Assembly: GCA_964016885.1 (NCBI GenBank)
Contig: OZ024741.1
Span: 266,414,001-266,478,000, forward strand
DNA from: Eledone cirrhosa
Taxonomy: Eukaryota
DNA length: 64,000 nucleotides
Direction: 5' to 3'
The notes below the pieces were generated by a model, which was not told the DNA's origin, did not search any database, and saw only the letters and a list, made by a program, of their open reading frames with translations. Positions 1-13,486 of this stretch are shown one piece after another (position 1 is the stretch's first letter; each line of letters starts with the position of its first letter). The translations under genes and the position numbers were made by a program.

Positions 1-144
1 AACCTGACATGTCTAATCTGGGTTTTACAATAGGTACCCCATAGCTCTGAATGGTGTAAGAGGGTTGGTGTAATGAGCGACATCTGGCTGTAAAACATTG
101 CCTCAAAACAGCTCCAACCCATGCCAGGAGGGGTGAAATATAAC

Positions 145-797
145 ACCAAATGTTGGTAGGATGAAGTGTAACTTGATCAAATGTTGGAGGGGGGAATGTG
201 ATTAGATCAAATGTTGGCGGCCTGGAGTGTGACCAGAAGACCACATGTTGGAGGGCAGAATGTGACTAGATCAAATGTTGGAGGCCTGGAGTGTGACCAG
301 ACCAAATGTTAGAGAAGTAGTGTGACCAGACCAAATATTGGAGGAGTTGAGTGTGACCAAATGTTGGAGGCCTGGAGTGTGACTAGACCAAATATTGGAG
401 GAGTGGATTATGACCAGAGGACATGTTGGATGGGTGGAGTGTGACCTGACCAAATGTTGAAGGGGTGGAGTGTGACCTAACCAAGTATTGGAGGGGTAGA
501 GTGTGAGTTGACCATATGTTGGAGGGGTGAAGTGAGACCAAATATTGGAGGGGTTAGAATGTGAACTGACCAAATATTGGAGGGGTAGAGTGTGAGTTGA
601 CCAAATATAGGTGCGGTGGAGTTCACCTGACCAAATTTTGGAAGGGTGGAGTGTGACTTGACCAAATGTTGAAGGGGTGGAGTATGACTAGATGATCACA
701 TGTTAGAGGGGTAGATTGTGACCTGACCAAATGTTGGAGAGTGTGGAGTGTGGCCTGACCAAATGTTGGAGAGTGTGGAGTATGACCTGACCAAATA
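145..797. repeat. Diverged ~30-bp minisatellite (gtgtgacctgaccaaatgttggaggggtgga)
   Basis: About 20 degenerate tandem units in the intron upstream of exon 857. Confidence 0.85.
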
Positions 798-856
798 CCA
801 TTCCTTAATACACTGTAGAAGCAGTCATTGATAAATGAATCTTGTTGTCATTGCAG

Positions 857-1019
857 TGCATCTGTCAAAAATTCGTTATTTAAGTGTGAAGAACTGTGAA
901 TTAATTGATGATTGGTGTCTTGATCGATTTCACATCTTTAGTGACACACTGGAATTTCTTGACCTCAGTGGCTGCTCCAATATCTCGGAAAGGGGCATTG
1001 CTTCACTCCATAAACTGGC
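857..1019 (+). CDS. DMAC2: Internal coding exon of DMAC2/ATP5SL-like (distal membrane-arm assembly complex 2; mitochondrial complex I assembly factor, LRR-like)
   Basis: Acceptor ttgcag at 851-856 and donor gc|gtaagt at 1020. Peptide HLSKIRYLSVKNCELIDDWCLDRF...LDLSGCSNISERGIASLHKL matches the DDWCL..L...L..LSLAGC..ISERGLA.LH.L pattern I recall for DMAC2. Upstream exons lie outside the window. Confidence 0.85.
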
Positions 1020-1804
1020 GTAAGTATTCCTGTTGTGTTCTTTATTTTACTTCTTCTGGCTCTACATGTTGATATCTTCTATGTATAAATTTGAGTAACT
1101 TCCATCCGTCTGTCACACAATGTGTGTGTTAAAGGAAGGAAGGGGATGGTAAAAAAAACAGCGGCTGGTGTTCCATTTGTTATGCTGTATGTGTGTGTTT
1201 GTGAATGTATGTCTGTGAGTGTGTATGGTTATAAATGTGGTTGGCATTAGGAAGGGCATTCAGCCATAGAATCCAAGCCAAAATCAGCCCTGCATGAGCG
1301 AAACACAGTCATCCAATCAGATCTCTCACAAAGGGACAGCGCGTCCTACCCATGCTAGCATGGAATATGGGCGTTAAACGTGAGGATGTGTCTGTGTATG
1401 CGCATTTATATTTATATACTTGTACATATAAATGTATAAATATTTATATACTTGTACATATATGTGTGTGCATGTATGTGCATATGCACATACACGCACA
1501 CGCACACACATATACACATACGCATCAGCATGTTGAAAAAATCCTAGTTATTGAAATTACAGAAGAGTGATGGGAAGGGCATCCAGCCATAGGAAGCTTG
1601 CCAAACAAAGGGTTGGGAGAATCCCCAGTTGTGTCAAAGATATGATGATCTCCCCTGTGCACGACCATACATTAGCAAGACAGATCTCTGGCTTGTCTGG
1701 GAGATCAGCAACCACTACTTCAGTTCTGACTTGGTCTATGTAGACCCGTCCAACCCTTGCTAGCAAGGAAAGCAGACGTTAAAACAACAACAACAACAAT
1801 GATG

Positions 1805-4800
1805 ATGATGGGAATAGAACCAGTGATGGATGTTGTGAAGAGAAATGGAATGAGATGGCTGGGTCATGTGTTGAAGAAAGATGAAAGTGACTGGGTGAGA
1901 GGAATAGCACCAGTGATGAATGTTGTTGAGAGAAATAGCATGAGATGGCTGGGTCATGTGTTGAAGAAAGATGACAGTGACTGGGTGAGAGGAATGATGG
2001 GAGTAGAGCCAGTGATGAATATTGTGAAGAGAAATGGAATGAGATGGTTGGGTCATGTGTTGAGGAAAGATGAAAGTGACTGGGTGAGAGGAATGATGGG
2101 AGTAGAGCCAGTGATGAATGTTGTGGAGAGAAATGGAATGAGATGGTTGGGTCATGTGTTGAGGAAGGATGAAAGTGACGGGGTGAGAGGAGTGATGGGA
2201 GTAGAGCCAGTGGTGAATGTTGTGAAGAGGAATGGAATGAGATGGTTGGGTCATGTGTTGAGGAAGGAGAAGAGTGACTGGGTGAGAGGAATGATGGGAG
2301 TAGAGCCAGTGATGAATGTTGTGAAGAGGAATAGAATGAGATGGCTGGGTCATGTGTTGAAGAAAGATGACAGTGACTGGGTGAGAGGAGTGATGGGAGT
2401 AGAGCCAGTGATGAATGTTGTGAAGAGAAATGAGATGGTTGGGTCATGTGTTGAGGAAGGATGAAAGTGACTGGGTGAGAGGAGTGATGGGAGTAGAGCC
2501 AGTGATGAATGTTGTGAAGAGAAATGAGATGGTTGGGTCATGTGTTGAAGAAAGATGACAGTGACTGGGTGAGAGGAGTGATGGGAGTAGAGCCAGTGGT
2601 GAATGTTGTGAAGAGGAATGAGATGGTTGGGTCATGTGTTGAGGAAGGATGAGAGTAGAGCCAGTGATGAATGTTGTGAAGAGAAATGGAATGAGATGGT
2701 TGGGTCATGTGTTGAGGAAGGAGAAGAGTGACTGAGTGAGAGGAGTGATGAGAGTAGAGCCAGTGGTGAATGTTGTGAAGAGGAATAGAAAGAGATGGTT
2801 GGGTCATGTGTTGAGGAAGGATGAAAGTGACTGGGTGAGAGGAATGATGGGAGTAGAGCCAGTGGTGAATGTTGTGAAGAGAAATGGAATGAGATGGTTG
2901 GGTCATGTGTTGAGGAAGGAGAAGAGTGACTGGGTGAGAGGAATGATGGGAGTAGAGCCAGTGGTGAATGTTGTGAAGAGGAATAGAATGAGATGGCTGG
3001 GTCATGTGTTGAAGAAAGATGACAGTGACTGGGTGAGAGGAATGATGGGAATAGAGCCAGTGATGAATGTTGTGAAGAGAAATAGCATGAGATGGTTGGG
3101 TCATGTGTTGAAGAAAGATGACAGTGACTGGGTGAGAGGAATGATGGGAGTAGAGCCAGTGATGAATGTTGTGAAGAGAAATGGAATGAGATGGTTGGGT
3201 CATGTGTTGAGGAAGGATGAAAGTGACTGGGTGAGAGGAATGATGGGAGTAGAGCCAGTGGTGAATGTTGTGAAGAGAAATGGAATGAGATGGTTGGGTC
3301 ATGTGTTGAGGAAGGATGAAAGTGACTGGGTGAGAGGAATGATGGGAGTAGAGCCAGTGGTGAATGTTGTGAAGAGAAATGGAATGAGATGGTTGGGTCA
3401 TGTGTTGAGGAAAGATGAGAGTAGAGCCAGTGATGAATGTTGTGAAGAGAAATGGAATGAGATGGTTGGGTCATGTGTTGAGGAAGGATGAAAGTGACTG
3501 GGTGAGAGGAATGATGGGAGTAGAGCCAGTGGTGAATGTTGTGAAGAGGAATGGAATGAGATGGTTGGGTCATGTGTTGAGGAAGGATGAAAGTGACTGG
3601 GTGAGAGGAGTGATGGGAGTAGAGCCAGTGATGAATGTTGTGAAGAGGAATGGAATGAGATGGTTGGGTCATGTGTTGAGGAAGGATGAAAGTGACTGGG
3701 TGAGAGGAATGATGGGAGTAGAGCCAGTGGTGAATGTTGTGAAGAGAAATGGAATGAGATGGTTGGGTCATGTGTTGAGGAAGGATGAAAGTGACTGGGT
3801 GAGAGGAATGTTGGGAGTAGAGCCAGTGGTGAATGTTGTGAAGAGGAATGGAATGAGATGGTTGGGTCATGTGTTGAGGAAGGATGAAAGTGACTGGGTG
3901 AGAGGAATGATGGGAGTAGAGCCAGTGGTGAATGTTGTGAAGAGGAATGGAATGAGATGGTTGGGTCATGTGTTGAGGAAGGATGGGAGTAGAACCAGTG
4001 GTGAATGTTGTGAAGAGGAATGGAATGAGATGGTTGGGTCATGTGTTGAGGAAGGATGAAAGTGACTGGGTGAGAGGAATGATGGGAGTAGAGCCAGTGG
4101 TGAATGTTGTGAAGAGGAATGGAATGAGATGGTTGGGTCATGTGTTGAGGAAGGATGAAAGTGACTGGGTGAGAGGAGTGATGGGAGTAGAGCCAGTGAT
4201 GAATGTTGTGAAGAGGAATGGAATGAGATGGTTGGGTCATGTGTTGAGGAAGGATGAAAGTGACTGGGTGAGAGGAATGATGGGAGTAGAGCCAGTGGTG
4301 AATGTTGTGAAGAGGAATGGAATGAGATGGTTGGGTCATGTGTTGAGGAAGGATGAAAGTGACTGGGTGAGAGGAGTGATGAGAGTAGAGCCAGTGATGA
4401 ATGTTGTGAAGAGGAATGGAATGAGATGGTTGGGTCATGTGTTGAGGAAGGAGAAGAGTGACTGGGTGAGAGGAATGATGGGAGTAGAACCAGTGGTGAA
4501 TGTTGTGAAGAGGAATGGAATGAGATGGTTGGGTCATGTGTTGAGGAAGGATGAAAGTGACTGGGTGAGAGGAATGATGGGAGTAGAGCCAGTGGTGAAT
4601 GTTGTGAAGAGAAATGGAATGAGATGGTTGGGTCATGTGTTGAGGAAGGATGAAAGTGACTGGGTGAGAGGAATGATGGGAGTAGAACCAGTGGTGAATG
4701 TTGTGAAGAGGAATGGAATGAGATGGTTGGGTCATGTGTTGAGGAAGGATGAAAGTGACTGGGTGAGAGGAATGTTGGGAGTAGAGCCAGTGGTGAATGA

Positions 4801-4810
4801 TGGGAGTAGA
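1805..4810 (+). repeat. 96-bp tandem array derived from the C-terminal ORF segment of an RTE LINE (about 31 units), in the DMAC2 intron
   Basis: Unit translates as GVEPVVNVVKRNGMRWLGHVLRKDESDWVRGMM, homologous to the RRLRWYGHVMRMEDD.WVKKC motif of RTE copies in this window. A few shortened units break frame. Confidence 0.9.
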
Positions 4811-5395
4811 GCGTTGGACAAAATGCTTTACGGTATTTAGTTACGGCCCTGTTCATTCAAAGTTCAAATTCCACCGAGGTCAACTTTACCTTTCATCCTT
4901 CCGGTGTCAATAAAATAAAGTACCAGTAAAATACTGGGGTCAATATAATCAACTTTCCCCTACCCCACAAATTGCTGGCCTCGTGCCTAAATTAGAAATC
5001 AATATTAATATTTCATTAGGGGCGGTGGATTGGCAGTATCGGTAGAGAGTCGGACGCCATGCTTTCCAGCATAGTTACGTCCCTTTACGGTCTGAGTTCG
5101 AATCCCGCCGAGGTTCACTTTGCCTTTCATCCTTACGGGGTCGATAAAATAAAGTACCAGTAATGTACTGGGTAATTGCTGGCCTTGTGCCTAAAGTAGA
5201 AACAATTATTAATATTTCATTTGGTATTTAGTTACTTCCCTTTGTGTTTTAAATTTAAACCCTTCCGAGGTCAACATTGCTTTTCATCTTTCTGTGGTCG
5301 ATAAAATAAAGTACCAGTCAAGTACTGGTGTTGAAATAATCAGCTTTCCCCTTCCTACAAATTGCTGCCCTATGGCCGTTGTTAGAAAGAATTAT
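4811..5395 (+). mobile_element. Cluster of three SINE family B copies (core gaggtcaactttgcctttcatcct..ggggtcgataaaataaagtaccag)
   Basis: The middle copy 5018-5206 is full length with a B-box-like gagttcgaatccc and a 15-bp TSD tattaatatttcatt (5003-5017 / 5207-5221). Confidence 0.85.
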
Positions 5396-5418
5396 CTATA
5401 TTTCTTTTCTTTTGGCAG

Positions 5419-5584
5419 AAAACTGGACTCACTTGTTCTGAGGGATCTACCACATCTTAAAGAATTGGAATTTGTAGTTGTTTTGTTTCAAGATCTTCAT
5501 CCCAACTGTCGTATTCTTACTTCCACACTCGAAGAAATATCTCCGGAAGAAATGTCCCCAAAAGAGCATTTATCGTCAACGTAA
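5419..5584 (+). CDS. DMAC2: Terminal coding exon of DMAC2/ATP5SL-like gene
   Basis: Polypyrimidine tract plus ggcag acceptor (5417-5418). The phase-2 join gc+a gives Ala and stays in frame: KLDSLVLRDLPHLKELEFVVVLFQDLHPNCRIL...SST, stop TAA 5582-5584. Resembles the DMAC2 C-terminal L.I.DLP....L..IL.E..LPNC segment. Confidence 0.85.
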
Positions 5585-5614
5585 CAAATACTCATTTTAG
5601 TATTTAGTTTCTTA

Positions 5615-5620
5615 AATAAA
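5615..5620 (+). promoter_or_regulatory. Candidate polyadenylation signal AATAAA for DMAC2
   Basis: AATAAA 30 nt after the stop codon. An alternative tandem AATAAA lies at 6758-6768. The AT-rich context makes chance occurrence possible. Confidence 0.4.
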
Positions 5621-5641
5621 TATCTAAACTATTTATATTCT

Positions 5642-6394
5642 TTAACCCTTTCATTACCAGATTTCTAATGAAATACACTGCCTATGGTTGTTGAATATCA
5701 AGAATTTAGAAGGATTTAGTAATACAACTAATGTTTTCGTCATTAATCCTTTTGTTACCATATTTCTAATGAAATATACTGCCTATGGCTTTCATTCAAT
5801 TTTGAAAATTATCAAGAATTTATAAGGATTTAATAATATAACTAATATTTACTTCATTAACACTTTTGTTACCATATTTCTAATGAAAGGAAGTCTATTG
5901 TTTTCAATTAATTTTGGAAAATATTGAAGAATTTGGAAGTATTTAGTAATATATCTAACTCTGATTATTAAGGTTCTTACATAAAATTATTATGTGCGAT
6001 TTTTAGATAAATATCAATGAATATTTCATTAACTGATTACACAACCATGGACGCCGTCCCTATGTATATGTTTCAATAACTCTCTTGATAGAGCTTGTTG
6101 ATCTTTTAAGATTGCTCTGTTCAACATTAATGTGAGAGGCACCATTGGCTCTATTGAACTCTTCTGCTGCCTCTTCACAATCCGCCATGCTGCAGATAAA
6201 TATAAACACTTTAAAATAAATAGTTTTATAACATATAAGCAGATAGTTGTTTCAGGCAGTTTGATATCAAAAGCATTTAGCTGGTATTTGAAACGTAAAA
6301 TAATCTTAGAAGGTTTAAATTTAAATATGAAGTAAACAGCTTTGTATCATCAAACAGAGGATAGTTTCAGGTGATTTGGTATGAAAAGGGTTAA
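5642..6394. mobile_element. Degenerate piggyBac-type MITE(s), TTAA|CCCTT...AAGGG|TTAA
   Basis: Termini ttaaccctttcattacc and ggtatgaaaagggttaa, with the left end repeated internally. Related copies near 28141-28445, 53890-54665 and 63440-63790. Confidence 0.6.
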
Positions 6395-6845
6395 GAGAGA
6401 CAGACTGATAGACATCTAGTCCATACTAATCTCTCAGTAAGTCTAACAGAAACTTCCAGCAGTTTTACTGACAGCAACGATGTGTTACTTCAAGGGAAGT
6501 AATTCGTATCGATAATACGGATTGTTTGGATTGTTTTAAAGATTTAGTGAGTTTATGTCTGGAAGAAGGAGCAGTGCCCATGTCCCTCTAAGACTGGAAA
6601 GATTGATGTTCTAATCCTTTTGGAGAGACATGAGCAAGGAGTCCAGACAATCGATATTATGGACATAGTAGTTAGTGTGTGTGTCTGTCTGAGTATCTGT
6701 TTTTGTCTCCTAATAGTTTAGGGAAGAAAATGAACAATTACATTTTTCTCTTTCGTTAATAAAATAAATCTGAAACTCTGTTGACAGGTGAAGTTTTGTT
6801 TTTATATCTCTTCAGTTTTTCAGTTGCTTTTGTAAGGTCTCCTTA

Positions 6846-7556
6846 CTATACACACCACAACCTGTAATATACACACTGTAATACAGCAATGTGTAATATA
6901 CACACCACAATACAGCAATATGTAATATACACACCACAATGTGTAATATACACACCGCAATATGTAATATACACACCGCAATATGTAATATACACACCAC
7001 AATGTGTAATATACACACCACAATATGTAATATACACACCACAATGTGGAATATACACACCACAATGTGTAATATACACACCACAATATGTAATATACAC
7101 ACCACAATGTGTAATATACACACCACAATATGTAATATACACACCACAATGTGGAATATACACACCACAATACAGCAATATGTAATATACACACCACAAT
7201 GTGGAATATACACACCACAATACAGCAATATGTAATATACACACTACAATGCAGCAATATGTAATATACACACCACAATACAGCAATATGTAATATACAC
7301 ACCACAATGTGTAATATAGACACCAAAATACAGCAATATCTAATATACACACCACAATGTGTAATAGACACACCACAATATGTAATATACACACCACAAT
7401 GTGGAATATACACACCACAATGCAGCAATGTATAATATACACACCACAATATGTAATATACACACCACAACACAGCAATGTATAATATACACACCACGAT
7501 ATGTAATATACGCACGACACAGCAATGTGTAATATACACACCACAATACAGCAGTA
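6846..7556. repeat. 21/29-bp minisatellite (gtaatatacacaccacaatat, with acagcaat inserts)
   Basis: Direct tandem units visible. Confidence 0.9.
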
Positions 7557-7621
7557 TATAATATTTTTATGTGGCTGTAGTAGTTTTATTTCTTTTAGTT
7601 GATTCATTACAACATTAGATG

Positions 7622-10600
7622 TATATCTCTCATATAATAGGTACACTGTATCTCTGTCATATAATAGGTACACTGTATCTCTGTCATATAATAGGTACAC
7701 CGTATCCCTGTACGTCATAGAATAGATACACTGTCTCTCTGTGTCATATAATAGGTACACTGTATCTCTGTCATATAATAGGTACACTGTATCTCTGTCA
7801 TACAATAGGTACACTGTATCTCTGTCATATAATAGGTACACTATATCTCTGTCATAAAATAGGTACACTGTATCTCTGTCATATAATAGGTACACTGTAT
7901 CTCTGTGTCATATAATAGGTACACTGTATCTCTGTCGTATAATAGGTACACTGTATCTCTGTGTCATATAATAGGTACACTGTATCTCTGTCATATAATA
8001 GGTACACTGTATCTCTGTCATATATTAGGTACACTGTATCTCTCATATAATAGGTACAATGTCTCTGTGTCATATAATAGGTACACTGTATCTCTGTCAT
8101 ATATTAGGTACACTGTATCTCTCATATAATAGGTACACTATCTCTGTCATATAATAGGTACAATGTCTCTGTGTCATATAATAGGTACACTGTATCTCTG
8201 TCATATAATAGGTACACCGTATCCCTGTACGTCATAGAATAGATACACTGTATCTCTGTCATATAATAGGTACACTGTATCTCTGTGTCATATAATAGGT
8301 ACACTGTATCTCTGTCATAATAGGTACACTGTATCTCTGTCATATAATAGGTACACTGTATCTCTGTGTCATATAATAGGTACACTGTATCTCTGTCATA
8401 CAATAGGTACACTGTATCTCTGTCATATAATAAGTACACTGTATCTCTGTCATATAATAGGTACAATGTCTCTGTGTCATATAATAGGTACACTGTATCT
8501 CTGTCATATAATAGGTACACTGTATCTCTGTCATATATTAGGTACACTGTATCTCGTATATAATAGGTACAATGTCTCTGTGTCATATAATAGGTACACT
8601 GTATCTCTGTCATATAATAGGTACACTGTATCTCTGTCATATATTAGGTACACTGTATCTCTCATATAATAGGTACACTATCTCTGTCATATAATAGGTA
8701 CAATGTCTCTGTGTCATATAATAGGTACACTGTATCTCTGTCATATATTAGGTACACTGTATCTCTCATATAATAGGTACACTATCTCTGTCATATAATA
8801 GGTACAATGTCTCTGTGTCATATAATAGGTACACTGTATCTCCGTCATATAATAGGTACACCGTATCCCTGTACGTCATAGAATAGATACACTGTATCTC
8901 TGTCATATAATAGGTACACTGTATCTCTGTGTCATATAATAGGTACACTGTATCTCTGTCATAATAGGTACACTGTATCTCTGTCATATAATAGGTACAC
9001 TGTATCTCTGTGTCATATAATAGGTACACTGTATCTCTGTCATACAATAGGTACACTGTATCTCTGTCATATAATAAGTACACTGTATCTCTGTCATATA
9101 ATAGGTACAATGTCTCTGTGTCATATAATAGGTACACTGTATCTCTGTCATATAATAGGTACACCGTATCCCTGTACATCATAGAATAGATACACTGTCT
9201 CTCTGTGTCATATAATAGGTACACTGTATCTCTGTCATATAATAGGTACACTGTATCTCTGTCATATAATAGGTACACTGTATCTCTGTCATATAATAGG
9301 TACAATGTCTCTGTGTCATATAATAGGTACACTATCTCTGTCATATAATAGGTACACTGTCTCTCTCTCATATAATAGGTACACTGTATCTCTGCCATAT
9401 AATAGATACACTGTCTCTCTGTCATATAATAGGTACACTGTATCTCTGTCATATAATAGGTACACTGTATCTCTGTCATATAATAGGTACAATGTCTCTG
9501 TGTCATATAATAGGTACACTATCTCTGTCATATAATAGGTACACTGTCTCTCTGTCATATAATAGGTACACTGTATCTCTGTCATATAATAGATACACTG
9601 TCTCTCTGTGTCATATAATAGATACACTGTCTCTCTGTGTCATATAATAGGTACACTGTATCTCTGTCATATAATAGGTACACTGTATCTCTGTCATACA
9701 ATAGGTACACTGTATCTCTGTCATAAAATAGGTACACTGTATCTCTGTCATATAATAGGTACACTGTATCTCTGTCATATAATAGGTACACTGTATCTCT
9801 GTCATAAAATAGGTACACTATCTCTGTCATAAAATAGGTACACTGTATCTCTGTCATATAATAGGTACACTATCTCTGTCATAAAATAGGTACACTATAT
9901 CTCTGTCATAAAATAGGTACACTGTATCTCTGTCATATAATAGGTACACTGTATCTCTGTCATATAATAGGTACACCGTATCCCTGTACGTCATAGAATA
10001 GATACACTGTCTCTCTGTGTCATATAATAGGTACACTGTATCTCTGTCATAAAATAGGTACACTATATCTCTGTCATAAAATAGGTACACTGTATCTCTG
10101 TCATATAATAGGTACACTGTATCTCTGTCATAAAATAGGTACACTGTATCTCTGTCATATAATAGGTACACTGTATCTCTGTCATATAATAGGTACACTG
10201 TATCTCTGTCATATAATAGGTACACTGTATCTCTGTCATAAAATAGGTACACTATATCTCTGTCATAAAATAGGTACACTATATCTCTGTCATATAATAG
10301 GTACACTGTATCTCTGTCATATAATAGGTACACTGTATCTCTGTCATAAAATAGGTACACTGTATCTCTGTCATATAATAGGTACACTGTATCTCTGTCA
10401 TATAATAGGTACACTGTCTCTCTGTCATATAATAGGTACACTGTATCTCTCTGTCATATAATAGGTACACTGTATCTCTGTCATATCATAGGTACACTGT
10501 CTCTCTGTGTCATATAATAGGTACACTATCTCTGTCATATAATAGGTACACTGTCTCACTGTCATATGATGGGTACACTATCTCTCTGACATATAGGTGT

Positions 10601-11705
10601 ACCTATTATATGACAGAGATACAGTGTACCTATGATATGACAGATACAGTGTACCTATTATATCTCTGTCATATAATAGCTACACTGTATCCCTGTGTCA
10701 TATAATAGGTACACCGTATCCCTGTATGTCATATCATAGGTACACTGTCTCTGTGTCATATAATAGGTACACTGTATCTCTGTCATATAATTGTTTCTAT
10801 TTTAGGCACAAGGCCAGCAATTACCCAGTGCATTACTGGTACTTTATTTTATCGACCCCGTAAGGATGAAAGGCAAAGTTAGGTACACTGTATCTCTGTC
10901 ATATAATAGGTACATTATCCCTGTGTCATACAATAGGTACACAGTATCTCTCATATAATAGGGACACTATCTCTCTGTCATATAATAGGTACAATGTCTC
11001 TGTGTCATATAATAGGTACACTGTATCTCTCTGTCATATAATAGGTACAGTGTATCCCTGTGTCATATAATAGGTACACTGTATCTCTGTCATATAATAG
11101 GTACACTGTATCTCTGTCATATAATAGGTACACTGTATCTGTGTCATATAATAGATACACTGTATCTCTGTCATATAATAGGTACACTGTCTCTCTGTCA
11201 TATAATAGGTACACTGTATCTCTGTCATATAATAGGTACACTGTATCTGTGTCATATAATAGATACACTGTATCTCTGTCATATAATAGGTACACTGTAT
11301 CTGTGTCATATAATAGGTACACTATCTCTGTCATATAATAGGTACACTGTATCTGTGTCATATAATAGGTACACTGTTTCTCTGTCATATAATAGGTACA
11401 CTATCTCTGTCATATAGGTACACTGTATCTCTGTTTTATAGAATAGATACACTGTATCACTGTTTTATAGAATAGATACACTGTATTCCTGTATGTCACA
11501 GAATAGGTACACCGTATCCCTGTATGTCGTAGAATAGGTAACAGTATCCCTGTGTTGTACAGTAAGTACACTGTATCTCTGTGTTGTAGAGCAGGTACAC
11601 TGTATCCCTGTGTTGTAGAATAGGTACACTGTATCCCCATATGTCATAGAATAGCTACACTATATCCCTCTATGTCATAGAACAGGTTTACTGTATCCCT
11701 GTATA
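7622..11705. repeat. 29-bp minisatellite array (tcatataataggtacactgtatctctg with +/-2 bp variants), about 4 kb
   Basis: More than 100 tandem units. The 3' end grades into a dispersed element (11690-11825). Contains an internal inversion and a SINE fragment. Confidence 0.95.
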
Positions 11706-12193
11706 TATTACGAAATAACTAAAAAGGTTTGGTGTCATGAAGAGCATCCAACTGTAAAACATTGCCTCAAAATGACTCGTCTAACCCATACCATCATGGA
11801 AACGTTGACATGAAAATGTTGATAATGGCTTCAGTCTGTTGTTTGGTGGGGGTTGGTCAGTAATATATGTGTCTGTGTGTGTCTGCAACATAACCAAATG
11901 GTAAAGAAGTTTGCTTTAGCAATCACAAGGTTCTGGGTTTGATCCTACTGCTTGGCACATTGGGCGATGGTTATTTACTATAGCCATGGGCTGGTATTCA
12001 GTCCAGCCCTTTATATTTTGAGTTCAAATACCCCTGAGGTCATCTTTGATTTTCATCTTTCCAACAATCAATAAAGTACTGTAGATTGACAGAATTGTTA
12101 CCGTGTCAGTATCTGTCCCGGCTTGTTTCTTTTGGGGTTCAAATCCTTCCATGACCTATTTGACTAATGTACAAAATTGGCCACCTAGTTTAA

Positions 12194-12387
12194 CTCTTTA
12201 GCAATTAGATTACTCTATATTTACTATTATATTTTCACGGTAAAGGCTTTACCTCATATAATATCGAATCTTAAGAGATTTTGAGAACAATACCTTAACA
12301 TCAGTATGAGTGGCCGGTTACAACCAGTTTGAACAGAAAGTGGTAAGAGAACTCTGGCTGGATATGGCTGGTTTAAATGCTAAAAGG
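12194..12387. mobile_element. ~200-bp piggyBac-type MITE
   Basis: TTAA flanks at 12190 and 12388; TIRs ctctttagca / tgctaaaagg; homologous to 59962-60172 and 63800-63995. Confidence 0.75.
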
Positions 12388-13486
12388 TTAATACCACTAC
12401 CTGTAAATGGCTGCCTTTAGCAGAGTTCTCTCTGTTACAAGAATTTGGGCCTGGTCTCTAATCTGAATATTTTTTTTTTTTTAAAAGGGGGAGGAAAAGT
12501 GAGATAGAGACAGAGGAGAAAGAATCAACCCAGTACTTGACTGGTACTTTTTTTATTGACCTCTGAAAGATGAAAGGGAAAGTTGACTGTGGCAGGTTTT
12601 GAACTCAAAGTGTAGAGAGCTGCAACAAATATGGCAAATCATTCTATCTGATGTTCCAACAACTCTGTCAGTTCACAACATAGAAATGAATAAACAAATA
12701 TAATGAATAACCATCGAGATATATTTTTAGGAGAGAAATTAAAATCTAAATCCAGAATCATGAGAGGATTATTAGAGGATACTGTTGTTAATCTCACAAA
12801 ATGATTTAGAAAAATTTATGAATACACCTACACACACACACACACACATAACTTTGAGTATAAGTAAACGTGTGTGAGAGGCTGGGTGTGTATGTGTGCA
12901 TGTGTGTGTATAGATATTTCATGGATCTTGAACATGAATGTGTCTGCGTGTATTCAGATATATATATATATGTGTGTGTGTATCCGTTGATGTATATATA
13001 TGACCTAACCCATCCATGTACACCCCTTTCATTAGCACTACCCTGCAGCTATCCTCAACATCAGTGCACCCACCAACCATGCCCCCTCCTTAGCTACTCC
13101 GCCATTCTAAAGCCTTTAGATACCCTCACTATTGCATTCAAATAGCTATTCTCTCTAGCCCTTGTGCATCCCTTCCACTGCTACTGCTTACCTATCTCTC
13201 TAATACTGCCACCCAACACTCTATCCACCACACCCACCACACCCACCACACCAATACATCCCTTCTCCCCATACACTATTATCCTCACTTCCCTTTACTC
13301 ATCACCTTACCATATCACCACATACATATATAACCAGCAACCTCTCTAGTGACAAGGGCACGAAAATACACCCGGTACACCCAATAAGGTGGTTGGCAAC
13401 AAGAAGGACTCTTCATGGTAGAAACTATGCTGAAAAGGGTTGAGAGGACCTATATATATGTGTGTGTGTGATGATTATATATATAT

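Noticed and set aside
1757-4856. Long ORFs of 200-445 aa on both strands
   Set aside because: Products of a 96-bp tandem repeat inside an intron, with frameshifting units; not a host gene
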